From Octopus vulgaris (taxonomy: Eukaryota): a stretch of 64,000 nucleotides of DNA. The position numbers and the translations under genes are program-made. The stretch spans positions 51,336,001 through 51,400,000 of the forward strand of contig OX597829.1 of the NCBI GenBank assembly GCA_951406725.2, given 5' to 3'. The notes below the pieces were generated by a model. That model made no database searches. It was given only the letters and a program-made list of their open reading frames with translations, and was not told where the DNA came from. Positions 1-13,399 of this stretch are shown one piece after another (position 1 is the first letter of the stretch; each line of letters begins with the position of its first letter).

Positions 1-212
1 ATATCTCTCTCAAACACACACACACAGACTAAATAAGATATGAAGCCATTACTGAATAGTGTGTCTAACAGAGACAACATTGCCTTATGTTATTTTTATT
101 ATTATTATCTACATCTATTTCAGTGGTAATCCATCAATTCAACACAACATACTTCATATTTATCACTGAAACAACTGTAATGTGATGACTTCATTGCTTA
201 AAAATGTCCAAT

Positions 213-490
<278 letters not shown>

Positions 491-1671
491 AAAGGTAATG
501 AAAGTACTTAGATCAGTTTCTACATTATGTATTGAATATGGTTTAATTAAATAGTTTAATCAAAAAAGTTTTTTAAAAAATTAAATAAATTACATGGCAT
601 ACATGTTCAAAGAAACTCAGAACAGATTTAAAGTTAAAAAAAGAAAAGAGTTTGACCAAGCTGATCCATGTTGAAGGAAAAAAAAAAAAACAAATTTTAA
701 AAAAACTGCAAATCATAACCTTTTGATATTTAAAAAGAAATAAGACTTTAATAAGTTTTTTAATTTAAAGACATAATAATGCCATAATGAAATGTTTTGC
801 CAAGTAACACACACAATTAAGCAAACTCAACATTTATTTATGACACCAACAAGAATGTGAAATGAAATGTTCAGAATAAATAATTTACAAAGTAAAATAT
901 ATAAAAAAAAAAACTGTTCGACAGCCAGATTTTGAGAGAGAGAGAGAGAGAGATTGTTTAATTCTATTTGCAAATGTTTGGAAAAGAAATGCTTTTTGTT
1001 TAACCACTCATTCCCTTCTCTTACTAAAAATGTAATGCAACTTCACTGCAAGTTTCAAGATTCTTTCAAATTAAAATTAGGGGAGGGGGGAGAAGAGAGT
1101 GAGAGAGATGAGGAAGTGTATAAGGAAGAATACAGTCTTTAGTAAAATAAATCTTGAAAAATACAATATATGAAAAGCTGGAATCATTAAACTTTTGTAC
1201 AAGAATACCTCCTTACATTGCAACAGTATGTAAATGAATTATAATTAGTATGGTTCTGGTTAATCACCATTTTAAAATAATTGTTACAATTATATACATA
1301 CATACACACAAACACAATATCATATACCATTGATATTAGGATGTGTTAAGTGTTAATTAAACCTTTGTTTACTTGCAATAATATGCTTTGATAAACACCT
1401 TTTGTAGCGGCTGAATTAACTGATTTATCCAAGAACAGGAAAAGAATTGGCAGGAATACAGGATCTTGTCTCCTAGACGTCGCACAAATAATAATAATAA
1501 TAATAATAATAATGGTCTTAAATGTTGGCAAAAGACCAGCAATTTCAGGGAATTGGGTAAGTTGATTACATTGACCCCAGCATTCAACTGGTACTTTATT
1601 TCATCAACCTCGAAAGGATGAAAGGCAAAGTCAACCCTGGCAAACACAGTTAATCCTGCCAGTTCACCACC

Positions 1672-2326
1672 TTAACCCTTTTGTTACTGTATTTATTTTG
1701 AGATGCTCTGTGTTTCTTTCAATTAATTTTAAATATAACAAAGAATTTAGTAAAATAACTTGATTATCATTAAGCTAGTGTTAGGAACATAAATTGTAAC
1801 TAAGGTTTGGTGAAAGATTTTAATTCAAAACTTATGAAAACAAGTCATTTATACTACAGAGCCAGAGGTGGTTTCAGGTAGGTTGGTAACGAAAGGGTTA
1901 AGAATTGTTTCTCTATTTTTTAAATATAACAAAGAATTTAGTAAAATAACTTGGTTATCATTAAGCTAGTGTTAGGAACATAAATTGTGACTAAGGTTTG
2001 GTGGAAGATTTTAATTCAAAACTTATGAAAACAAAACATTTGTACTACAGAGCCAGAGGCAGTTGGTATCAAAAGGGTTAAGAATTGTTTATATATTTTA
2101 ACCCTTTCATGACCATATTTCTGTTAAGATGCTCTGTGTTTCTTTCAATTAATTTTAAATATAATAAAGAATTTAGTAAAATAACTTAGTTATCATTCAG
2201 CTGGTTTTAGGAACATAAATTGTGACTAAGGTTTGGTGAAAGATTTTAATTCAAAACTTATGAAAGCAAGACATTTGTACTTGGAGCCAGAGCCAGTTTC
2301 AGCCGGGTTGGTAACGAAAGGGTTAA
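1672..2326. mobile_element. Three tandem copies (middle one partial) of a ~230-bp piggyBac-type MITE
   Basis: TTAA-CCCTTT...GTAACGAAAGGG-TTAA ends at 1672-1901 and 2098-2326, with near-identical internal sequence. 1902-2081 duplicates the right part and its flank. Confidence 0.85.
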
Positions 2327-2689
2327 ATAATATCTGACAATAGGCATAATGTCAGAAATTTTAGGAGTGGGGAAACAGTCAATTGTATCAACGCCAGTAT
2401 TTGACTGGTACTTGATATCGAGCCCAGAAGGATGAAAAACAAAGTTGACTTTGGCAGGATTTGATCTCAGAACATAAAGAGCTGGAAGAAATACTGCAAG
2501 GCATTTCATCTGATGCTAATCCATCATCCTAATAATAATAATAATAATAAAAATAATTGTTAATGATGATGATGGGATGGGAAATATCAGAAGAAAATAA
2601 TGTTTTTCATTTTACTAATTAGGGGAAGAATTTTATAATCTTTGCAGGAATTTGATTGGTGTAACAAATGAATTTGTTGTTTAGTTTGG

Positions 2690-3480
2690 TCATCTATAGG
2701 TCAGTTGGTTACTAACTTTGAGTAGGAGGAGGAGGTATTTGATAGAATTTAATGCAGGATGAGGAAAAAATGAAAGAAAAAATTGTAGGCAGTCTTGCAT
2801 GGAAAAAGTTTAGAAGATGAGAAGAGAGGCTGTAGAAGAGTCAGTAGCAGGTTGCAAGCTAATTTGGTTGAAGCAGGTTAAGTGAAATCTTTGCAAATCA
2901 CTCAGGTGGCTGTTTTACAAATGTGTGGTGCAGCAGTATTGTACCAAATATGTGTGTTAAGCAGTACCTTAAATATGGGTCTCGACTGAAATTTGTACAG
3001 GATCAGCAAAGTAATCTATCAGGGATAAAATAGTTTTGGGGCCCTGAAACAACCCCTAGTAAATTTTTACTTTTTGAAGTTTTCATCCCCCCACCCCCGC
3101 CAGGGCCCCTTTCTTGTGGTACAGTTTCAGCAATATTACACATGGGAATCAGCATGAAGGATTAGAGATTGTCAGGTTTAGCATTAGGGGGTGGCTTTTG
3201 AGTGGCTTTATTTGGCTCTTCTTCATATGTACTACATGACCTTTCCCTTGGTTTGAGTAATGATAGTTTGTCCCGATGGAAAATGACTAGAATATCATGT
3301 TGCCATAGAACGATACTCTTCAAGTCTCTCATTTTCTTTTTTTTTTTTTTTTTTATGTTTTTTTTCATGGAGGCAGTGTGTTTAGCAAAAGATGTTTAGG
3401 TTGAAATTTGGGGAGGAGACGCTCAGGTGAAAGAGGAGCAAAAAGTGGCTATCATCTGTATGCAAGAATGTGTTAGAAAT
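2690..3480 (-). pseudogene. Possible very old LINE ORF2 remnant
   Basis: The minus strand gives TLLILYKFQSRPIF near 3000 and HTDDS (possibly a degenerate YADDS) near 3450. There is no open frame. Confidence 0.3.
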
Positions 3481-4385
3481 GACAGCCAGATCATTATTAG
3501 AATTGTTATTATAAGAAGAAGGAAAAATAATAAATAAATAAAATGGCACAGATGATTACTGAGCTTCTGCATACATCAGAGCTGATGGAATGAGGACTGG
3601 AGACAGTTCCATGACCACACAGTATGACACAAAACATACCAGTTCAAGAAATATGGAGATGGATGGAACTCAAACCCAGGCAACCTAGCTCAGAGATTCT
3701 CAGGTTCGGGAGTACACACAGTTTGAAGGTTATAGAAGAGGACACCTTCAGGATTGAGGTTACCTTGTTGGGTTGGAGTGATCAGGATCAGGAGTTTTGC
3801 AATGTAGTGACTATGTGTACGAGATAGCAAAATGGGTGGAGCAGCAAAGTTTGACGAGTGAGTTCAATTCAGGGTTGGAACCTAGGTAAACAGCAAATGA
3901 TGAGGAATTTTTTTTGTTTTTTTTTTGTTTTTGCTCTTTTCAGCAGGAGTGCTAAATGGGATTGCCATATGCCTATTTTATAGCCTTTGAAAATATCAAC
4001 ACTTGCTATAGATTGAATATCTTATTTAAAGTATACAACTGATTAATCTTGACATCTTTCAACCCTCTGAAACAATTTTTCAGATGAATATAAATTATAA
4101 AATATAAGCAGCTTTAAAAAATACTACAAAAAAATCTAGTGATAGACCAAAAAAAAAAAAAAAAAACTCTTTCAAAAGTATAATGTAAACATTTTTTTAA
4201 CAACTAAAATGTTTGAAAGATTTTGCTTTTTAAACACCCATTTCTTTTAGATAAAAAAAACAAACAGACAGACAAACAATGTAAATATTATTCAACTATT
4301 TTAAAAAGTTATAATTTTTTTTTTTTTTTTTTTTTTGTACTTGTTTCAGTCATTTGACTGCGGCCATGCTGGAGCACCGCCTTTA

Positions 4386-4551
4386 GAGTGGTGAAAGAGT
4401 ACAGCAGGGATCACCACCATCCCCTGCCGGAGCCTCGTGGAGCTTTTAGGTGTTTTCGCTCAAACACACACAACGCCCGGTCTGGGAATCGAAACCGCGA
4501 TCCTCCGACCGCAAGTCCGCTGCCCTAACCACTCGGCCATTGCGCCTCCAC
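4386..4551 (-). mobile_element. tRNA-derived SINE, family C (head), joined to a family A tail
   Basis: The reverse complement has A box TGGCCGAGTGG and a B-box-like GGTTTCGATTCCC. Homologous to 46825-47110 and 41170-41475. Confidence 0.8.
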
Positions 4552-7226
4552 GCAATGCATTTAATAATGCATTTCCTTTCGGAAAAGAAAAAAAAATTAA
4601 TATCTTCTTTTATAACTAAAGCAGAGATTTCTATTTCTCTATTACAATTTAATGAACTTTATGTGCTTTGAAAAATAACAGGGATACTGATATATGTATC
4701 TCCTAACTCTATGTTGAAAGGAAAAGAAAAGAAAAACAGAGGATATAATATTTACAAAATGACACAACCTATAGTTATGGACGGATTGACAGAACGTGAA
4801 TTTACACTGAGCAAAGACGAATTTCAGTGGACGGATGATAGCTAAATAGTGAAATTGCAGAATTGAACAAAAAGTGAGTGAACTAATTATTTAGCAGCAG
4901 TAATTTTAATGAACAAAGTGCATCTAATTAAATGTATATCATAAACAAACCGAAATATTTTTTTGAAAACCTTAAAGTACTAATTCCTCCTGAGACCATA
5001 TCTCTAATGAAATGCATTGCTTGTTTCAATCAATTTTGAAATTCAACAATCTAAAAAAGGCTCTAGTGGAATAAACTTTGTTCATTAATTTGTACATATA
5101 GCCAGTGTTTGGAACAAATAAAAAAAATCATGTAAAAATTATGATGAGGTTTAAATTTAAAAAACTGAACAATTTCAAACAGGAAGTTTTATTTAAAAAA
5201 AAAAAAAAAGGCCAGGCCATCTCAAATGGGTTGGTACCAAAAGTGTTAAACCAGGAACTAGGAATAAAGGGAGAATAAATAAAAGCTAATTTAAGAAATA
5301 TAATGAATATGAAGTTTCATCACCAGGAGGTATATACTGATGGAATTCCAAACCGATTAAAATGGTTCAGGGTGCATAATCATAAGATTCTTGCATTTAT
5401 GAAATTTAACATAAAATTTGCCTTGAATTATACAATTTTAGTATTTTTAATAGAAATAGTAAAAAAAAAAAAAGTGGTGTTATATATACCTTAACACCTA
5501 TCGCCACTTTTAGAACTGTAAACCAACCAGAGACCCAGACTGCGCTGGATTAAAAACAAATAGCCTAAATAAATGCAAAAAAACGCATGTAGAATATTAC
5601 ATACTAAGTCCAGACTTTAGTATGTGCAGCCATTGTCAGTCTCTTTGAATCAGACACACTGAGCCAACCAAATAGTCTCCAGCTAGTCAATTGACAAGCT
5701 AGGAACAGAAATATTCTCAAAGCTATAGTCTAATATATTTAGGACTTTTGGCACTAACCCGCTTGAGACTGCTTCTCACTTTATGGTTAAAACTTTCTGT
5801 TTTAAAGAGATCTAAGTTAAAATCTTCCATCAAAATTTCTTGTTAATTTAGGTTTAATAATACACCAGCTTAATAATGACAAAAGTTATTTAACTAAATT
5901 ATCCATTCATTTCCAAAATTAACCGAAACAAAAGCAGAATAGTTTAGAAGAAATGTAGTAACAAAAGGGTTGCAAATAAGTGGAGAGACAACGAATACAC
6001 ATGGAGTGTTTGATTATATAGGTATGCACGGTTCAGGTTGATCTGGAATTAAACAACAACAATGCTGAGAAAGAGTCTTCAGTATTCCGCCTTCCACTAA
6101 AAAACAAAACAACAAAGCAATATACCTAGACCCCTAAAATCTACTAGCTTTCTCTTGAATGTAAACCAGCTATGTTCTGTAGCATACTTCTGCTGAAATA
6201 CACACTGCCTCTGTTTCAATTAATTTCGAAAATAACAAAGAATCTAGTACGATGACTTTACCATTTTTAATCTGCCGTTTGGAACTTAACATGAAATTTT
6301 GATGGAAGGTTTTTAACTAAGATCCCTTAAAAATAGAAAGCTTGTATCAGAGAACAATGTGGGGGTGAGGTGGGGTGTCAAAAGGATGAAGCAGAGTCAG
6401 CTGTGACTACTCAATGAATAATAACAAGACCGTTTCTTAATCAAGTGCTTATCTTTCCATTCGAAGCATTTCCTTCAATCATTCTTCATAATAAAGGACA
6501 GTTGTTCAAACAATGGCATTAATGACCTTCAATAAATGCAGTGGACACATGCAGGGGAAAAAAAAAAACAAACAAAAACAGCACACAGTAGTGAAATTGT
6601 TACTCAGTCATTAACGAGATTCAATTAAACCTCCCTCTTACTGTCATCACTTTCACCCTAATCCAAATTAAAACATTACTAACCTCTTCTATAGTTCAAA
6701 GTAGTTTGAATAATCTGAAAGGTTATTGGGAAGTGCTCATGCTCTAATAAGGAACTTAAAATTCTAGTCATAAAAGAGAACTGGCATTAATCCTTCGGTA
6801 TTAAAACTAACCACATCCAATCCAAATATTCTACCAGCCTTACAGTGTCATTCTAAAAGACATACTATAACACCATTGAATCTTGAAGCCACACAATGCA
6901 CGATTAATTGAAAACAGAGTGAATAAAAAAGCATTACATTTGATAGAGTAATCTGAATGCTAACGAGTTAATATTGTTGAAAATTAATAAATGCTAACAA
7001 AGAAATTGAAACATACGTAAGAAAAGATTCTTGAACATTTGGATGAAGTGTCCAAAAGTAGAAAGACGAGGAAAGAAATCAGCCATCAGAAACCTGCTCC
7101 CTTCAAAAGCTATAAAGAATTCGAATAAAACTAATTTAACTAAAAGCCCAACCCATCAAAACAGATTTAATATACGAAAACTGAACATCCTCAACCACAA
7201 ATCAATTTTTCCCAATCAATGAATGA

Positions 7227-7277
<51 letters not shown>

Positions 7278-7304
7278 CATATATACACACACATATATAT
7301 ATAT

Positions 7305-7880
7305 GACTAGTGACCAAGACTTTTGGAAATATGCTGTGCTTGAGAAAACCCGGCAAGCCAAATGAGACCATAACCTTGTGGCCTATGCCAGATGTGTAAC
7401 CAGCCCACTTATGCGTACCTTTTCCTTCATTGGACACTGCTTGTGAAAACCTGTTGAGGCAAGTGAAATTGAAATCAAATTCGATGACTGGCATCCATGC
7501 TAGTGGAGCACTAAGAGCACCAGCTGAGCGTGATCTTTGCCAGAGCGGCTAACTGGCGTCCATGTCGGTGGCACGTAAAAAGCACCATTCGAGCGTGATT
7601 GTTACCAGGGTTGCCTTACTGGCACTTGTGCCGGTGTGCAGGTGGCACGTAAAAAAATTTAAAAAAACACCACCTGGGCATGGCTGTTGCCAAGTACCGC
7701 CTGACTGGCATGTAAAAGCACCCTCAACACTCAGAATGGTTGGCATTAGGAAGGGCATCCAGCTGTAGAAAGATTGGAGCCTGGTGCAGCCATCTGGTTT
7801 GCCAGTCCCCAGTCAAATCGTCCAACCCATACTAACATGGAAAGTGGGCGTTAAACGATGATGATGATGATGATGATATA
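7305..7880 (+). mobile_element. 5'-truncated RTE LINE: ORF end plus 3'UTR with (ATG)n tail
   Basis: The 5' part aligns with the end of the RTE fragment at 25430-25550 and continues to ...ttaggaagggcatccagctgtag...ttaaacgatgatgatg. Confidence 0.75.
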
Positions 7881-8116
7881 TATATATACATACACACACA
7901 CACACATCAGCTGAAATACTTTGTTCTAACTTTGGCATACTTTCTTTTAGTCTTAGAAAACGTGATCTCAATAGATGGCTAATAGTCATTTCGTCTATCT
8001 CAGAGAAATGAAATGGCAAAGTTGATTTCGGCGGGATTTTAACTCAGCATACAGAAGGAAGAAAACTAAACACAGCAAGGCATTTAGTTAATCAAACATT
8101 CCCCACCCATTACCAC

Positions 8117-8156
<40 letters not shown>

Positions 8157-8439
8157 GAATTCATTTTTTCTCTTTCATGTGATTTTTAGCATAACTTTAT
8201 CTTGTATTTAAAAAAAAAAAGTGTTAATATTAACAACAGCAGCAAATGTCCAACTCTGGACGAAATTGAACCATAAATAACAAATTGTAGTCACCATCTG
8301 GTGTCAGATGGTCAAAATGCAAGACAAAAAATAGTGTGTGTGTGTATGTAAGTTTGAAAGAGGAATATATATATATATAAATATAAATTCAACTAAAAAG
8401 ATCTTTAAATAATTTAAATTTACCCCAATCAGCAATAAT

Positions 8440-9265
8440 CTGAAATATTTTGTAAATAATTTTTGATTTAGGCAACAAACTCAGTAATTTCAAGAAAAGG
8501 TTTATTGATCTTAGCAGAATGAAAGGCAAAGTTGGCCTTATTGGGATTCATACTTAGAATGTTAAGGAGCCAAAAGAAATAACACAATTTTGCCAATTCA
8601 CAACCCCTAAAATAATTCAGGCACAAAGCCAGGAATTTTGAGAGAAAGAGGAACTTAGTCAATACCATACCCCCCCCCCCCGTAGTACTCATGTGGTGTT
8701 TTATTTTATCAATCCCAAAAAGATGAAAAGCAAAGTTGACCTAAGTAGAATCTGAACTCAGAATATTACAAGGCATTTTGTGCAATGCTCAAACAATTCT
8801 GCCAGTTTGTTATCCTTAGAAAAAAAAAGTTTCAAATTTTGCCACAAGGATAGCCATTTTGGGGAAGGGGATGTGTCAGTTACATTGACCCAGGTGTTCA
8901 TCTGGTACTTAATTTATCGATCCTGCCCTCCTTCGAAAAGGATGGGAAGCATTTAGCCCTGGTATGCTAATGAGTCTGCCAGATCACTGCCCTAATAATG
9001 ATAATAACAATAATAATTATTTTTGATTTTGGCACAAAGCCTCAAATTTCAGGAGGATGTAAATTCTTGTCAAATTTCAGGGCAGGGGGGATGTCAGTTA
9101 CATCCACCTGACTGATCGACTGGCACTTGTTTCACCAACCATGATAGGAAGGAAGCAAAGTCGACCTTGATAAAATTTGAACTCAGAACCTCTAAAGCTG
9201 AAGGAAATGCTGTGAAGCATTTTGTCTGGATGCTATAACAGCTCTGCCAGTTTACCACCTTAAAA
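8440..9265 (-). mobile_element. Cluster of about 4 degenerate family B SINE copies
   Basis: Repeated ggatgaaaggcaaagttgacc...gaatttgaactcagaa...attctgccag motifs. Confidence 0.7.
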
Positions 9266-9401
9266 AAAATAAAAGTTACAATGTTTGAAAACCAAAAGAA
9301 TAAAAAAAAAAAAAAAAAAAAGACATGGAATATATTAGATCCTTCACAGCTGGACACACATTTAGAAACCAAATTAAACCATTAGAGTATGTACGAGTGA
9401 G

Positions 9402-9440
<39 letters not shown>

Positions 9441-10989
9441 GAGAGAGATTTCACTAACAATGGTGTATGCATTGAACCAATGAGTAGACATATGGATGGA
9501 CATATATGAAGCAATACAGTATTTCTCCACTGATGAGGGAAAATGGTTAGAAAAAATTTGAGATTTCTTCTTTGTTTTGTTTTCTTTTAAAGCTGCATAC
9601 AATAAAATATTTTTTGCTTTTGTCTTCGTCAAGGAGTTAAAAAGGCACTGAATATGAAATATCCAATATTAAGACAATGTGTATAAAATATAACAAGAAT
9701 GTGTGCAATGTAGGACTAATTAATTGTTGAACCTAAAGGATTAGCCTATGATAAACTTAATGATTGGGTAAAAAAAAAAAAAAAAAAAAAAAGGAGATTG
9801 TAATACTGTTCAGTCAAAAAGTTATTGGTCCCGAGTAAATGGAACAGAGTTCTAAAATTTCACAGATTAAGAAAAGAAGGGATAATTTTATAGGGAGAAA
9901 TAAAAATATGTATATGCCTTTAAAGCCAACTTTTAAAATGTAATAGCATATTTTAATCTTTTTTTTTTTTCAATTTTAATTATTCAGCAAACAAAATAAT
10001 TATTTTCCAACAAAATCAAAGATGTTTTTCTTTGATACATTTTTCAAAAAAGTTAATTTAATACAACATTACAACACTAAATTCTAACATAAAAAAAAAA
10101 AAAAAATTCACACAAATTTAAAAAAAAAAAAATTAAAATAAAATGAAAAAAAAATTACTGTGGAAAGTAAAAATTAGAACCACCAGCAGTTTTAATTTTA
10201 TAAAATATAAAAACTTTTTTTTTTTTTAAATTGGGAAAAGTTTTCAAATCAGTTAATGAAAAACAAAAACAGCAGCAATAAAGATCCTTTTTGCATTTTG
10301 AATATAAACAAAAAAAAAAAAAATATTTAAATAATTTCACCTACAACACACACCGTAAGATGTTGGTGATGCACCAGACAAATAAACAATGGTAATTGCA
10401 GGAACTGTTTTTATTAGAAAAAGTAATTGTGGATCATGTGATTTATAAGAGGAGTGGTGGAGGAGGAGGGGGGGGAAGAATTCAAGAATTCTGCATTATG
10501 TTGCAATAAAGTTCATCTGAATTACAACACTAAGCAACAACTGTTTCAGCAAGACCCCTAAAAAAAAAAAAAAAAAAAAAGAAAGAAAAAATAAAAGAAG
10601 AGTCTCAACCTCTTAGAGGTCAGCTGGTGGGGGGGGAAATCAACCTTTTAATTAAAAAAGATCTCAGACAGACAGACAGACAGGTCTGTCTGTCTGTCAT
10701 TCTATCTGGCAGACCCTACAGGCCCAATTTTGCTTTCAGTTTATAAAAATCTCACCTAATTACAGTGTTGCAAAATAGAGGTAAGGTCTTGGTGAACTAA
10801 ATCGACAAAACCACCGTTGATCTTCAGTTGAAATTACCCCCACTTCTCTTACATCCCTTGTCTTCTAGAGAAATGCTTGAATTTACCACCTTTCAACTCC
10901 ATTTTGCCCCCTCTCCTAAAAATACTAGTATTCTTCTTTACATAATAATGCATCTAAAACTAATAATAATAATAAAAATAATAATCATA

Positions 10990-12985
10990 ATCGTCCTTTC
11001 TATTTTAGGCACAAGGCCTGAAATTTAAGGGGTGAGGATAAATTGATTACATCAACCCCTAGTGCTCAACAATTAAATTAAATTAAAGATTCTGAGTTCA
11101 ATTCCTGGCAGTGCCTTGAATAAATAATAATAATAATAATAATAATATCAGGAAAAAGAAAAAAAGATATCTTAGGAATGAAAACCAAAGGTTGGGTTCA
11201 AAATTCTACCAGGACACCTGATGAAGGCTGGAGAGTAAATTGGCCGAAACGTTATGGTAACAACAAACAAGATGAGAACACATCTCTGTCCAATGTAAAT
11301 AATAATCTTTTCTACTGTAGGTACAAGGCCTGAAATTTGGGGGAGGAGGATAGTCGATTAAATTGACCCCAGTACTCAACTGGTACTTATTTTATCGACC
11401 CTGAAAGGATGAAAGGTAAAATCAACCTTGGCGGGATTTGAACTCAGAACGTAGCGATGGGCGAAATACCACTAAGCATTTCGTCCAGTGTGCTAACAAT
11501 TCTGCCAGCTCATCACCTTCAGTAGTAGTAGTAGTAGTAATAATAATAACAACAGTTATACTATAGGCACAAGACCAGCAATTTTGATGGGAGGGAGATT
11601 AATTGATACCATTAACCTCAGTATTTAATTAGTACTTAATTTATTAACTCTGAAAGGGTGAAATGCAAATACTGCCTTCATGGTATTTAAGTTCAAGACA
11701 CAATGAACCCCACAAAATTCCACAAAGCATTTTGTCCAGCATGGCAATGGTGCAACCGTAATAATTCTTTCTAGTAAAGGGACAGGGCCTCAAATTTTGA
11801 GGGAGGAGATTAGTCAGTTATATCGACCCCACCGGTGCTCAACTGGTTCTTATCAATCTTCAAAGGATAACGGCCAAAGTTGATGTTGACAGGATTTGAA
11901 CTCAGAACATAAACCTGGAAGACATGCCTAAACATTTTCTCCAACATGTTAATAATTCTGCCAGCACATTGCTTTAATTAATAAGAGTTTCAAATTTTGG
12001 CACAGGGCCAGCAGTTTTGGGGAAGGGTTTAGTTGATTACATTGATCCCAGTGAGAGACTGGCACTGATTTTACTGACCCCCCCAAAAGGATGAAAGGCA
12101 AAGTTAATCTCAGCGGAATTTGAACTCTGAGCATTTTGATTTTAAAATAATTCTAATTTTGGTAGGCGGCCAGCAATGTTAAGGGAAAGTGTTAAAAATC
12201 AATGACATCAACCTCAGTACTAAAATCATACCTTATTCTATCAACTCGAAAAAGATGAAAAGCAAAGTACATACTTCTAAGCATTTTGTCCAGTGAGATG
12301 GTTCTGCCAGTTTGTCATCTTAATTTATAATTCTAATTCTTGGTACAAAGCTAGCAATTTTGAGGGACGGGGAAGTCAATTACCTTAACCCCAGTGCTCC
12401 ACTGGTACTTATTTTCAGTACCGCCTGACTGGCCCTCATGCAGGGTGGTATGTAAAAAGCATCCACTACACTCTGTAAAGTGGTTGGCATTAGGAAGGGC
12501 ATCCAGCTGTAGAAACTCTGCCAGATCAGATTGGAGTCTGGTGCAGCCATCTGGTTTGCCAGACCTCAGTGAAATCGTCCAAACCATGCTAGCATGGAAA
12601 GCGGACATTAAACAATGATGATGATGATGATGATGACCCTGAAAGGGTGAAAAGCAGAGTCGACCTCATTTGTAATTTGAACTTAGAATGTAAAGCTAAA
12701 AGAAACAGTGCTAAGCATTTTGTCTGGGACACTAAAAGTTCTGCCAGCTCACCGCCTTAATAACAATAACAACAATTCTTTCTACAATAGGCATAAGGCC
12801 TGAAATTTGGGTGTGTGGAGGGGACAGAGCTATGATTATATCAACCCTCAGCTTTTTTTACCCAAAAGGATGAAATGCCATGCCAACCATTTTTAGAATT
12901 CCAAATCAGGACATAAAGTCAGAAGAAATGCCACTAAACATTTTCTTTGTCATGCTAACAATTCTAGGAGTTTGCTGCCTTATGT
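10990..12985 (-). mobile_element. Head-to-tail array of about 8 diverged family B SINE copies, several separated by (AAT)n
   Basis: The unit ggcacaaggcctgaaattt...attgaccccagt...ggatgaaaggcaaagtc...tttgaactcagaac...ctgccagctcaccgcctt recurs every ~170-250 bp, always in the same orientation. Confidence 0.8.
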
Positions 12986-13353
12986 CTTGTGCCTGGTGAA
13001 AGATATTAACTAAAAAATTTTTAAACAAATTATACAGCAGTCGTAAAGAGCATATCATCACAAAAACTTTTTAGGAGAAGGGTACAACTGAATAGAGTTG
13101 AGTGTGGTACAATAATGGGGATATAACAAATTTTTTTCTTTTTTGTATTTTTATCAGCCCAAACAGATGGTTAGCAGGTTTTGAACTTGGGCTGTAGAAG
13201 GACAAAAAAAGTTTAGTCTGATCCTCTACAGCTTCCGTTATGCCACTGCCTTTATTTTCCATAAGAGAAAAATATCTACTTTTTAGTGAGACAAAGGTTT
13301 TATACCTTTTTTTAATTTTTGTGTTGGGGGGAAAAAAATTTCAACTTTAAATA

Positions 13354-13399
<46 letters not shown>

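Noticed and set aside
9529-9560. CTGATGAG...GAAA hammerhead-like boxes
   Set aside because: There is no helix II pairing between the boxes.
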